Shown here: positions 24,801 to 37,100 of the stretch, in pieces | How the letters are laid out: every line of letters starts with the position of its first letter | Position numbering within the stretch: position 1 is the stretch's first letter | Origin: Antedon mediterranea | Lineage: Eukaryota > Animalia > Echinodermata | DNA length: 64,000 nucleotides | Assembly (NCBI RefSeq): GCF_964355755.1 | Contig: NC_092673.1 | Location: forward strand, 31,183,648 to 31,247,647 | Direction of reading: 5' to 3' | The notes under the pieces: model-generated | The model's input: only the letters and a program-made list of their open reading frames with translations | Told to the model about the DNA's origin: nothing | Databases searched by the model: none | Position numbers and translations under genes: made by a program

Positions 24801-27800
24801 GTCAAAAAAATAAAAGGGTCGAAAATCGGCCATTTTTCGAAAATTTCCCTGTACTATAGTACACGGATTTTTTCTAAAAATTGGCAATTTTCGACCTTTT
24901 TATTTTTCGACCAAAACTGGTTACTATAGCCCAATTGACATGCGCAGAACACATTATTCGACTCTGCGCATGTTTATTAGGCTATAGTAACCCTTTATGT
25001 CAAAAGTGGTTACTACAGTATAGCACAATTGACATGCGCAGAACCCATTATTCGACTCTGCGCATGTTTATTATGCTATAGTAACCATTTATGTAAAAAA
25101 ATAAAAGGGTCGAAAATCGACCATTTTTCAAAAATTTCCCTGTACTATTAGTACAGGGATTTTATCTATAAATGGCCGCAATTTTCGACCTTTTTATTTT
25201 TCGATAAAACTGGTTACTATAGCACAATTGACATGCGCAGAACCCATTATTCGACTCTGCGCATGTTTATTATGCTATAGTAACCCTTTATGTCAAAAGT
25301 AGTTACTATAGCACAATTGACATGCGCAGAAACCATTATTCGACTCTGCGCATGTTTATTATGCTATAGTAACCATTTTTGTCAAAAAAATAAAAGGGTC
25401 GAAAATCGGCCATTTTTCGAAAATTTCTCTGTACTATAGTACAGGGATTTTTTCAAAAAATGGCCAATTTTCGACCTTTTTATTTTTCGATAAAACTGGT
25501 TACTATAGCACAATTGACATGCGCAAAACCCATTATTCGACTCTGCGCATGTTTATTATGCTATAGTAACCCTTTATGTCAAAAGTGGTTACTATAGCAC
25601 AATTGATATGCGCAGAACCCATTATTCGACTCTGCGCATGTTTATTATGCTATAGTAACCATTTTTGTCAAAAAAATAAAAGGGTAAAAAATCGGCCATT
25701 TTTCGAAAATTTCCCTGTACTATAGCACAGGGATTTTTTCTAAAAATGGCCAATTTTCGACCTTTTATTTTTCGATAAAACTGGTTACTATAGCACAAAT
25801 TGACATACGCAGAACCCATTATTCGACTCTGCACATGTTTATTATGCTATAGTAACCCTTTATGTCAAAAGTTGTTACTATAGCACAATTGACATGCGCA
25901 GAACCCATTATTCGACTCTGCGCATGTTTATTATGCTATAGTAACCATTTTTGTCAAAAAATAAAAGGGTCGAAAATCGGCTATTTTTTGAAAATTTCCC
26001 TGTATTATAGTACAGGGATTTTTTCTAAAAATGGCAAATTTTCGACCTTTTTATTTTTCGGTAAAACTGGTTACTATAGCACAATTGACATGCGCAGAAT
26101 TCAATATTCGACTCTGCGCATGTTTATTATGCTATAGTAACCCTTTATGTCAAAAGTGGTTACTATAGCACAATTGACATGCGCAGAACCCATTATTCGA
26201 CTCTGCGCATGTTTATTATGCTATAGTAACCATTTTTGACAAAAAATAAAAGGGTCGAAAATCGGCCATTTTTCGAAAATTTCCCTGTACTATAGTACAG
26301 TGATTTTTTCTAAAAATGGCCAATTTTCGACCTTTTTATTTTTCGATAAAACTGGTTACTATAGCACAATTGACATGCGCAGAAACCATTATTCGACTCT
26401 GCGCATGTTTATTATGCTATAGTAACCCTTTATGTCAAAAGTTGTTACTATAGCACAATTGACATGCGCAGAACCAATTATTCGACTCTGCGCATGTTTA
26501 TTATGCTATAGTAACCATTTTTGTCAAAAAAATAAAAGGGTCGAAAATCGGCCATTTTTCGAAAATTTCCCTGTACTATAGTACAGGGATTTTTTCTAAA
26601 AATGGCAAATTTTCGACCTTTATATTTTTCGATAAAACTGGTTACTATAGCCCAATTGACATGCGCAGAACCCATTATTCGACTCTGGGCATGTTTATTA
26701 TGCTATAGTAACCATTTATGTAAAAAAATAAAAGGGTCGAAAATCGGCCATTTTTCGAAAATTTCCCTGTACTATTAGTACAGGGATTTTTTCTATAAAT
26801 GGCCGCAATTTTCGACCTTTTTATTTTTCGATAAAACTGGTTACTATAGCACAATTGAAATGCGCAGAGCCCATTATTCGACTCTGCGCATGTTTATTAT
26901 GCTATAGTACCCCTTTATGTCAAAAGTAGTTACTATAGCACAATTGATATGCGCAGAACCCATTATTCGACTCTGCGCATGTTTATTATGCTATAGTAAC
27001 CATTTTTGTCAAAAAATAAAAGGGTCGAAAATCGGCCATTTTTCGAAAATTTCCCTGTACTATAGTACAGGGATTTTTTCTAAAAATGGCAAATTTTCGA
27101 CCTTTTTATTTTTCGATAAAACTGGTTACTATAGCCCAATTGACATGCGCAGAACCCATTATTCGACTCTGGGCATGTTTATTATGCTATAGTAACCATT
27201 TATGTAAAAAAATAAAAGGGTCGAAAATCGGCCATTTTTCGAAAATTTCCTTGTACTATTAGTACAGGGATTTTTTCTATAAATGGCCAATTTTCGACCT
27301 TTTTATTTTTCGATAAAACTGGTTACTATAGCACAAATTGACATGCGCAGAACCCATTATTCGACTCTGCGCATGTTTATTATGCTATAGTAACCCTTTA
27401 TGTCAAAAGTTGTTACTATAGCACAATTGACATGCGCAGAACCCATTATTCGACTCTGCGCATGTTTATTATGCTATAGTAACCATTTTTGTCAAAAAAA
27501 TAAAAGGGTAAAAAATCGGCCATTTTTCGAAAATTTCCCTGTACTATAGCACAGGGATTTTTTTCTAAAAATGGCCAATTTTCGACCTTTTATTTTTCGA
27601 TAAAACTGGTTACTATAGCACAAATTGACATACGCAGAACCCATTATTCGACTCTGCACATGTTTATTATGCTATAGTAACCCTTTATGTCAAAAGTTGT
27701 TACTATAGCACAATTGACATGCGCAGAACCCATTATTCGACTCTGCGCATGTTTATTATGCTATAGTAACCATTTTTGTCAAAAAATAAAAGGGTCGAAA

Positions 27801-30542
27801 ATCGGCTATTTTTTGAAAATTTCCCTGTATTATAGTACAGGGATTTTTTCTAAAAATGGCAAATTTTCGACCTTTTTATTTTTCGGTAAAACTGGTTACT
27901 ATAGCACAATTGACATGCGCAGAATTCAATATTCGACTCTGCGCATGTTTATTATGCTATAGTAACCCTTTATGTCAAAAGTGGTTACTATAGCACAATT
28001 GACATGCGCAGAACCCATTATTCGACTCTGCGCATGTTTATTATGCTATAGTAACCATTTTTGACAAAAAATAAAAGGGTCGAAAATCGGCCATTTTTCG
28101 AAAATTTCCCTGTACTATAGTACAGTGATTTTTTCTAAAAATGGCCAATTTTCGACCTTTTTATTTTTCGATAAAACTGGTTACTATAGCACAATTGACA
28201 TGCGCAGAAACCATTATTCGACTCTGCGCATGTTTATTATGCTATAGTAACCCTTTATGTCAAAAGTTGTTACTATAGCACAATTGACATGCGCAGAACC
28301 CATTATTCGACTCTGCGCATGTTTATTATGCTATAGTAACCATTTTTGTCAAAAAAATAAAAGGGTCGAAAATCGGCCATTTTTCGAAAATTTCCCTGTA
28401 CTATAGTACAGGGATTTTTTCTAAAAATGGCAAATTTTCGACCTTTATATTTTTCGATAAAACTGGTTACTATAGCCCAATTGACATGCGCAGAACCCAT
28501 TATTCGACTCTGGGCATGTTTATTATGCTATAGTAACCATTTATGTAAAAAAATAAAAGGGTCGAAAATCGGCCATTTTTCGAAAATTTCCCTGTACTAT
28601 TAGTACAGGGATTTTTTCTATAAATGGCCGCAATTTTCGACCTTTTTATTTTTCGATAAAACTGGTTACTATAGCACAATTGAAATGCGCAGAGCCCATT
28701 ATTCGACTCTGCGCATGTTTATTATGCTATAGTACCCCTTTATGTCAAAAGTAGTTACTATAGCACAATTGATATGCGCAGAACCCATTATTCGACTCTG
28801 CGCATGTTTATTATGCTATAGTAACCATTTTTGTCAAAAAATAAAAGGGTCGAAAATCGGCCATTTTTCGAAAATTTCCCTGTACTATAGTACAGGGATT
28901 TTTTCTAAAAATGGCAAATTTTCGACCTTTTTATTTTTCGATAAAACTGGTTACTATAGCCCAATTGACATGCGCAGAACCCATTATTCGACTCTGGGCA
29001 TGTTTATTATGCTATAGTAACCATTTATGTAAAAAAATAAAAGGGTCGAAAATCGGCCATTTTTCGAAAATTTCCCTGTACTATTAGTACAGGGATTTTT
29101 TCTATAAATGGCCAATTTTCGACCTTTTTATTTTTCGATAAAACTGGTTACTATAGCACAAATTGACATGCGCAGAACCCATTATTCGACTCTGCGCATG
29201 TTTATTATGCTATAGTAACCCTTTATGTCAAAAGTTGTTACTATAGCACAATTGACATGCGCAGAACCCATTATTCGACTCTGCGCATGTTTATTAATGC
29301 TATAGTAACCATTTTTGTCAAAAAAATAAAAGGGTCGAAAATCGGCCATTTTTCGAAAATTTCCCTGTACTATTAGTACAGGGATTTTTTCTATAAATGG
29401 CCGCAATTTTCGACCTTTTTATTTTTCGATAAAACTGGGGACTATAGCACAATTGAAATGCGCAGAACCCATTATTCGACTCTGCGCATGTTTATTATGC
29501 TATAGTACCCCTTTATGTCAAAAGTAGTTACTATAGCACAATTGACATGCGCAGAAACCATTATTCGACTCTGCGAATGTTTATTATGCTATAGTAACCA
29601 TTTTTGTCAAAAAAATAAAAGGGTCGAAAATCGGCCATTTTTCGAAAATTTCCCTGTACTATAGTACAGGGATTTTTTCTAAAAATTGGCAATTTTCGAC
29701 CTTTTTATTTTTCGACCAAAAATGGTTACTATAGCCCAATTGACATGCGCAGAACCCATTATTCGACTCTGCGCATGTTTATTATGCTATAGTAACCCTT
29801 TATGTCAAAACTGGTTACTACAGTATAGCACAATTGACATGCGCAGAACCCATTATTCGACTCTGCGCATGTTTATTATGCTATAGTAACCATTTATGTA
29901 AAAAAATAAAAGGGTCGAAAATCGGCCATTTTTCGAAAATTTCCCTGTACTATTAGTACAGGGATTTTTTCTATAAATGGCCGCAATTTTCGACCTTTTT
30001 ATTTTTCGATAAAACTGGTTACTATAGCACAATTGACATGCGCAGAACCCATTATTCGACTCTGCGCATGTTTATTATGCTATAGTAACCCTTTATGTCA
30101 AAAGTAGTTACTATAGCACAATTGACATGCGCAGAAACCATTATTCGACTCTGCGCATGTTTATTATGCTATAGTAACCATTTTTGTCAAAAAAATAAAA
30201 GGGTCGAAAATCGGCCATTTTTCGAAAATTTCCCTGTACTATAGTACAGGGATTTTTTCTAAAAATGGCAAATTTTCGACCTTTTTATTTTTCGGTAAAA
30301 CTGGTTACTATAGCACAATTGACATGCGCAGAATTCAATATTCGACTCTGCGCATGTTTATTATGCTATAGTAACCCTTTATGTCAAAAGTGGTTAATAT
30401 AGCACAATTGACATGCGCAGAATCCATTATTCGACTCTGCGCATGTTTATTATGCTATCGTACCATTTATGACAAAAAATAAAAGGGTCGAAAATCGGCC
30501 ATTTTTCGAAAATTTCCCTTTTCTTTTTTCAAAAAATGGCCA
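21833..30542. repeat. 8.7-kb satellite of palindromic units (196-197 bp with one core, about 285 bp with a doubled core)
   Basis: Core GGTTACTATAGCACAATTGACATGCGCAGAACCCATTATTCGACTCTGCGCATGTTTATTATGCTATAGTAACC alternates with a short linker (CTTTATGTCAAAAGT) or a roughly 120-bp palindromic linker centred on CCCTGTACTATAGTACAGGG. Confidence 0.97.
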
Positions 30543-31145
30543 TATATGCGCATATATTGTGTTATAATCTTATATTGGTGACGGAAATGTATGTGTGTAT
30601 AGCATAATTATATTTCTAATTAAATTTGAACACAATATTTGCCAATTTATATAGCAATTATCACAAACAATGCCTAGTGTATCTAGTAGGCGTAGGGTGC
30701 ATGTCCGAAATGATAATAGTGAAAGAATGTGATTTGTGCAAAGATGCGTTTACACTATTAGAGAGACAAAATTGGACAATGAATGAATTTCGATATATTT
30801 CTATATTTTGAAATAACTTGACTCAATGTCCCCAACATCGCAGATGATATTATGTGATTTACAGTATGTGAAAATTCACTAATTATTATACACTAATAAT
30901 ATAATCATTGATGTCAGATAGGTGGATGGCTAGAAATAAAGATACACGAATGTAACTACGATTATTAGAGCTTACAATATTAATAATATTACTATTATTA
31001 GTTTTATAAAGCCTAAGGCAAGCCAAGTTCCACAAAAAAAAGATTGAACTGTAATATCAATATAAGAAAAATGTAGGCTGTTATTTACGATGTTATCTTC
31101 ACTGTAAAATGTTAATAATTTGCATCGATGTCCAATGTTAATTTC

Positions 31146-34100
31146 TCATGTTGTTTCACATTTGATCTCAGTGAGTAGACCGTAAGCTTCAGCATAAGAA
31201 AGTTTATGTTTCTTCCTGAAACAACGGCATGCAACAATGTCCATCAACTTCTTGTTTGTAACAAGAAAACGCTAAAAGGAAAGTTTTTAGAGAAAATATT
31301 TTTATTTTGATCTATACTATGACGCAACGTAGCTAAAAAAGTATCTAGCTGTTGTTTCTTTATACTTAGAGCGTTTCTATTTTTTTCGAAACTACCTAAT
31401 AGCACATTTTAGTTAAATGACTTTCGCTGTCACGCATCATGCATATTCAACATGGTAGAGGAACAAAAATTATGAATAATTCATGTTTTCTGCATCGACA
31501 AGCTACGAAAAGAATGCCAGCCGCAGTATATTTATTACATGGAGCAACAAAATAAATTGCTTCGACTTCATATTAGTAAAAGATAAATATCTTGGCACAT
31601 ATGGCGTTTCATACGTATACTACTTGAGCTCCCAGACAAAAATTGAAACGCCGACTGGTGGACTAACACGAAAAAGACAAATAAAATTAAATACAGACAC
31701 ATTTTATTCGTAACCCTTTATATTAAAAATATTAAAACTTACCTCAAACAGTGTTGAAACAACAACATTTACAAGAAGTAATGCAAACAATTCCACCTGG
31801 AAAATCTTCTTCGGGCTTGGAATTTCAACAAACTAAAAAACGAATAGACCTACATTAATCGAAACTGTGGGACAGAGGGATTGAAGATAAAGATTACTTG
31901 AGATGTTGTGACGTCATCAACATAGGCCTAGAGATTTTCCTCAATTAACGTATGCGTATAATTCTTCGTGTAACATTCCACAAATGAGTACTTTGGATAG
32001 ATTTGAAAAACTGCGCATGCGCACTAATCATGATTATAAAGAATAAGACTTATTCGACCAATCGTTCAGCAATACAAATTTATTACTGCTATGAATTAAA
32101 CTTTTTAATCAAGTTTATCGTTTATTACACTATACATTTGAATTATTCCACTTTTTTAAGTGTGAAGATAATTTAAGTGCCAGCTTCGAGTTTAAAAACA
32201 CGAATTAATATAGAATTCACTACTCGAGTTCACCCGAGAAGAAAACTTACCTCGAAAAACGTGTTGAAAGGCTCAGGTGGGAAAAAGAGCATCATAAGGT
32301 TGAAAAAGGTTAGAAGCATGAATGATATAGCGTATGGTTCTGTAAATAAAAATACATATTTATATAATTCCAATAAAAAATCAAACTATAATGTAAATTC
32401 TCTTCATTAACTTCTCCTTCTCCAGTAATTATATCATCGTCAGTAATGTCAGGTTTGCGGTACAACATGTTTCCAGTACAACATGTTTCCAAAATGGAAA
32501 GTTGCGAACGTTTCGACGTATTAGTTGTTATGCTACAGTCTTCAAGAAAAGTTGAGAATTTCCGCTGTTCCGCTACAAATATTCTACTTGATTAATTGCT
32601 AGGCAAGGAAAGTTGAGAATATGCTACAACCGTCTTTGATGAAACTAACTTAAAGCTTGGTTCCCACTAGAACGCTACGCAGGGACGCAGACGCAACGTA
32701 TCTACGTAAAGAGCCGTCTGCTTTGCGTACAAATCGGATGATTCAAGTTGCTGTAAGAGTGGGATGCGAAATTGATAGAAGAGTAATTTCGCACGTCGTG
32801 TCGGAGGTTACGTTGTCGTGTGTTACGTTGCGTTGTGACAGATTTTTTTTTAGATTGGGAACCAAACTTTAGTGCTAGTGTTCATTCATTCACGTTATAT
32901 CCTCATCCTCATTATATCAATTGTAGGCCTAAAAGCGCACAAACCAGTACTCACTATTTTTGTATATTGGTGTACGGAATGGCTTTCCTGGGGTGAATAG
33001 GTACCCGGTTATAACGTACTGGAAGAAAGAGTAAAGTACAAGCGCTGTTGTTTCATAACACAGAATGTTCTTAGAATCCAAATCTGGGTCAAGTGGTACG
33101 AACCTAAACAACAACAAAATGCATACTATTGTATATAATTAAGATTTACCAATACCTATATACAGAGATATATCATTAGAAATCTTTTGCGAAGACTAAA
33201 AACACGTTAGGCCATTTTCATTCATTGTGCGCATGCGGGGAAGTTGAGTCGTGCCTCCACACAAACTAGTTTCGGTGGTTTCTATATCCAGGTAGGGAAG
33301 AGTAAGATTCCTTTTAAAGACACATCAATGCGTAGGTCATAGGTCAGCACAAATTGAAAAATCAATATTAATACTTTATTATTTAAATTTATGTTAACAG
33401 TAACATTGAATAAATAAACTATTATTGGATTTATTAATTTGTCTCAATAAACTTTTATTTGGGAAACTTGGCAATGCTACACAACAAAACAAATATAATC
33501 AAATTCAAGTTAAACTAAAGGTCAAAGGTTACCTACCAAGGTTGTGCGATAAGTATATAGTAGCAGATTGTTTGAAAGATCGTCTGAATAACCGTCTGAC
33601 TGGTAAAACTAAAGATGATTGGCGCCGACATCAAGTTTTTTACCGGTTTTTGCACTGAAATTTGATTATATGGTTTGTTGCGGCCCACTGAAAAAAAATA
33701 ACATTATCGATCTTATGAATTTGTAAATGTGATTTTAATAATAATTATATTATAGTATAATTGTAATACTGTAATTGAAGGTTTGCATGGCGAAATCTAC
33801 ACATTAATATGAAGTGTGTGGTAACACCTGAACTTTCTGCATTGCCACTCATGAGGACGATTAAAGTATATTGACCGAAATGTCTAGAAATGCAACAGTT
33901 ATTTCAAAACTAAATATTCGTGGTTTACTGCAAACTTTATATCAAAATAATTATTATTATATTACATCTGGAAATCGTATTAAATGAAGTAGCAAATAAA
34001 ATGTTGACTTACTGAAAAGAACTACGGATGTACAGAGAAATATGTCTATGTATAGAAAGTGGATATCGCCAAAATAAGTTCCAAACTGAGAAAAATATAT

Positions 34101-37100
34101 ATTAATTAGGTTATTAAAAAAATATTATAAAACTTTAGTGCCTGTGTATGCACTACACGCTATATCGGTCATAAACGTCATATCTTTCATAGAAAATAAG
34201 TGTTGAAAATAAACTAATTCAAAATGCATAAATAAGTATCAAAGAGATGTACATTTAAATAAAATAAAATTGAGGTTTAAGTTATTTTACAATAATTGAG
34301 CCGATTTGTTACAAACTTTATTGAAGTGATGAATTACCTCACTCGAATTCATATCCGAAAGTTAAAAAGCGTTTATACATCATTCGTATTTGCATAATGG
34401 GCGGAGCTTTTATAATGTATGTTTGGCGGATGAATACGTACCGTGTTTAACATCATAGCAGTAACGAACTGTATCATGCTATATAGAGCCATGTATTTGA
34501 ACATTCCAAAAGATGTCGTAAGAGCACAACGTCCTTCCCTGTTGAGAAGCATAAGTTATACTAAACTTTTTATTTACAAGACGCAACAGCTGAATATTCT
34601 GAAACAACTGTTTACAAATCAACCGCCATTTTCGAAAGCAACAAACATCGATCCCTTGGATTCTACTACTATGTTTTAACCTGGACTTAACTCTCATTGT
34701 CATACAACAAGGAATAAAGTCCCGTTTTGTGCATAACTTTCACCGATCCATCAGTACCAGCAACGAAGTCCACAAACACTAACATGTCCACATCGTATTT
34801 TATTACGTAATAAATTATAAATCAATCATGCATAACGAAGTGTAACTAGTGCCATCGCAGATATAATGAAATGAATAACTTCATCTAACGTCGTCTAATG
34901 TTGATGCATTTCTTTTACTCACTTTATGACTTCTGGAACACAAGATATATCTGGTGTCTTAGAAGTAAATGGAGACGCTACTGACGCCTCTGCCTCAGAT
35001 AATGATATACCAATGTGTGCTGTCTTCAAAGCGCCACAGTCATTTGCTCCATCTCCACACATGCCCACAGTTAGACCTACCTCCATCAACGTTTCAACAC
35101 ATTGGTCCTTTTGTATTGGAGACATTCTCGCAAATACTTTAGCTCCGACCACAACCTACAGAAAAAATTTAGGGGAAATTTGAGCATGTACTGTAGGAGG
35201 TAATTACTCCATCGTGAGAGAGCATACTCACGATCGATACTTTCCACGACGTGTTCACAACACAATTTTCAGAATAAACCTAGTAGGTCTACCTTTTTAA
35301 ACTCTTCTGGGTAGTATTCTCTTAAAATCTCAAACGAACTTCCATCGACTGCATAGCACATATTGGGCAATTCTGCTGCTTCATCTGATTGTGAATGTGG
35401 TTGAACATTATCATTCTAAAAGAAAATAAAACAATGGTAGTCTTTCTTCTTTTCCTTTGTCTTGTCTTTCTTTTATTTCTTTTTGCAAAGTTAAAAATTG
35501 CGCAAGCAATCGCACAGCTAAAAAGTCAATGTTCGAAATATCATTGAAGAACTTACTTTTGATTTATGTGACGTCATTTGTTCGACTGCAGCATGTTCAA
35601 GCGTTAGGCAGATGTTTGCCACGTCGTCACCTGACACATTTGCATGGACTTGATATATCTTTTGGTGCGGCGTTACTAAATTACACTTTTGCGCCACATT
35701 GATAGCTGTTAAAATATTATCGCCTGTTATCATGACGGTTTTAATATTAGCGCTATGAAGTTCAGAAATCACTGGTTCCGTCTGCTGTTTTAATTTGTTC
35801 TGCATCACCATGAGGCCTAGGAATATGAGTTCGCTCTCAACATCGTCTCGGTTCAGTTGCATGTCCTTGTGCCACTTCAAACTGGAGTCCAGTGGTTTGT
35901 ACGCCAGTGCTAGTACACGAAATCCCTGTTTAGTGTATTCAGATAGAACTTCTTTGAAATCAGTTGGTACTGAAATTTTAAAAATATATTATTTGCACGG
36001 CGAATAACACTAATAAAGTTAGGTCTGTGGTACCATGTGTTTCCATAAAGAAATAAAGTATGGTTGAGAAACCCTTGACGTGATGTTTGTTATGATACAA
36101 CCGTCTTCGTAGACGTGACAGGAATGCAAACGTATTTAAATACTGTAACACAATTAGCATAATATCGACTTAGAACAGGTGTGATGTCTTACCTGTTTCT
36201 TGTGTACAAAGTGACGTAATCATTTCAGGAGATCCTTTAACAAATGCAACTAAGTTCTCGTTACCAACAGTTCTGGTGATGACGCTCATGCGTTGCAAAC
36301 GCGATGAAAATGGAAACTGACGCAAGATTCCAATTTCGTGAACGTCAGCCTATTTATGTTACAAGAAAACAACAATAAGATGTTCGTAAACAAACTAATC
36401 ATTAAAACAATCATGTACAAAAAGCAATATCATAACATTTACTTATAACGCTAACCTTATGTACTATACTATGAAATACACTAAAAAATATGTTCCTATT
36501 GAGGACGAAAAAAAGTGATTTGATTTATATAATACACATTTATCATAAATTAAATTGTTGTTGAAACGATTGATTGATTACCACTAAAGACATGCCGGGT
36601 GCTTAAGTATTATCTAATGGCATAAACATAAGTTTGGATTGAAAATGTCATCAAAACTATAGCAATTGAAATTTTGAATTCTCACCTCATTCGTGTTAGA
36701 TGACTTGACGGTCGTTGGCGCCATCTGGTCCAAATTTGCGGCATCTTCAACCGTTGATGCCTCTTCTAATGTCTGGGGGAATGTATAGAAACAGTTATTC
36801 TGAATTTACAAACGATAAAAACTCCTTCTAAATAAGAATGCTTCCTTTTTAGCAGCAAGGTTTATTGACAAAAAGTAAAAAAACAGAAAAAAAAACATGA
36901 AATGAGTAACTGATAAGCGTATATGATTCTCTATCTGCTACATAATACTAAGAATAGACAACCAATATTGAAAAAAAAACAGTTCCCATTAAGAATCTCT
37001 TTAGAATATAATAACTTAGATTACAGCTTACCCATCCAGTGGCTTCAAACATTTTTGTATCAATTGGATCGCCAACAAGTTCGGAACCGATCTTTGACAA

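Noticed and set aside
22256-29886. Repeated ORFs (VTIAQLTCAEPIIRLCACLLCYSN)
   Set aside because: Chance translations of the satellite, broken by frequent homopolymer indels.
21833-30542. CRISPR-like array (palindromic repeat plus spacers)
   Set aside because: Spacers are only two recurring sequences, the repeat is about 74 bp, there are no cas genes and the context is eukaryotic.
32310-32590. Coding-looking minus-strand stretch ([18 protein letters not shown]) in an ATP13A intron
   Set aside because: In-frame stop upstream, no recognisable family, and the flanking exons join in phase without it.
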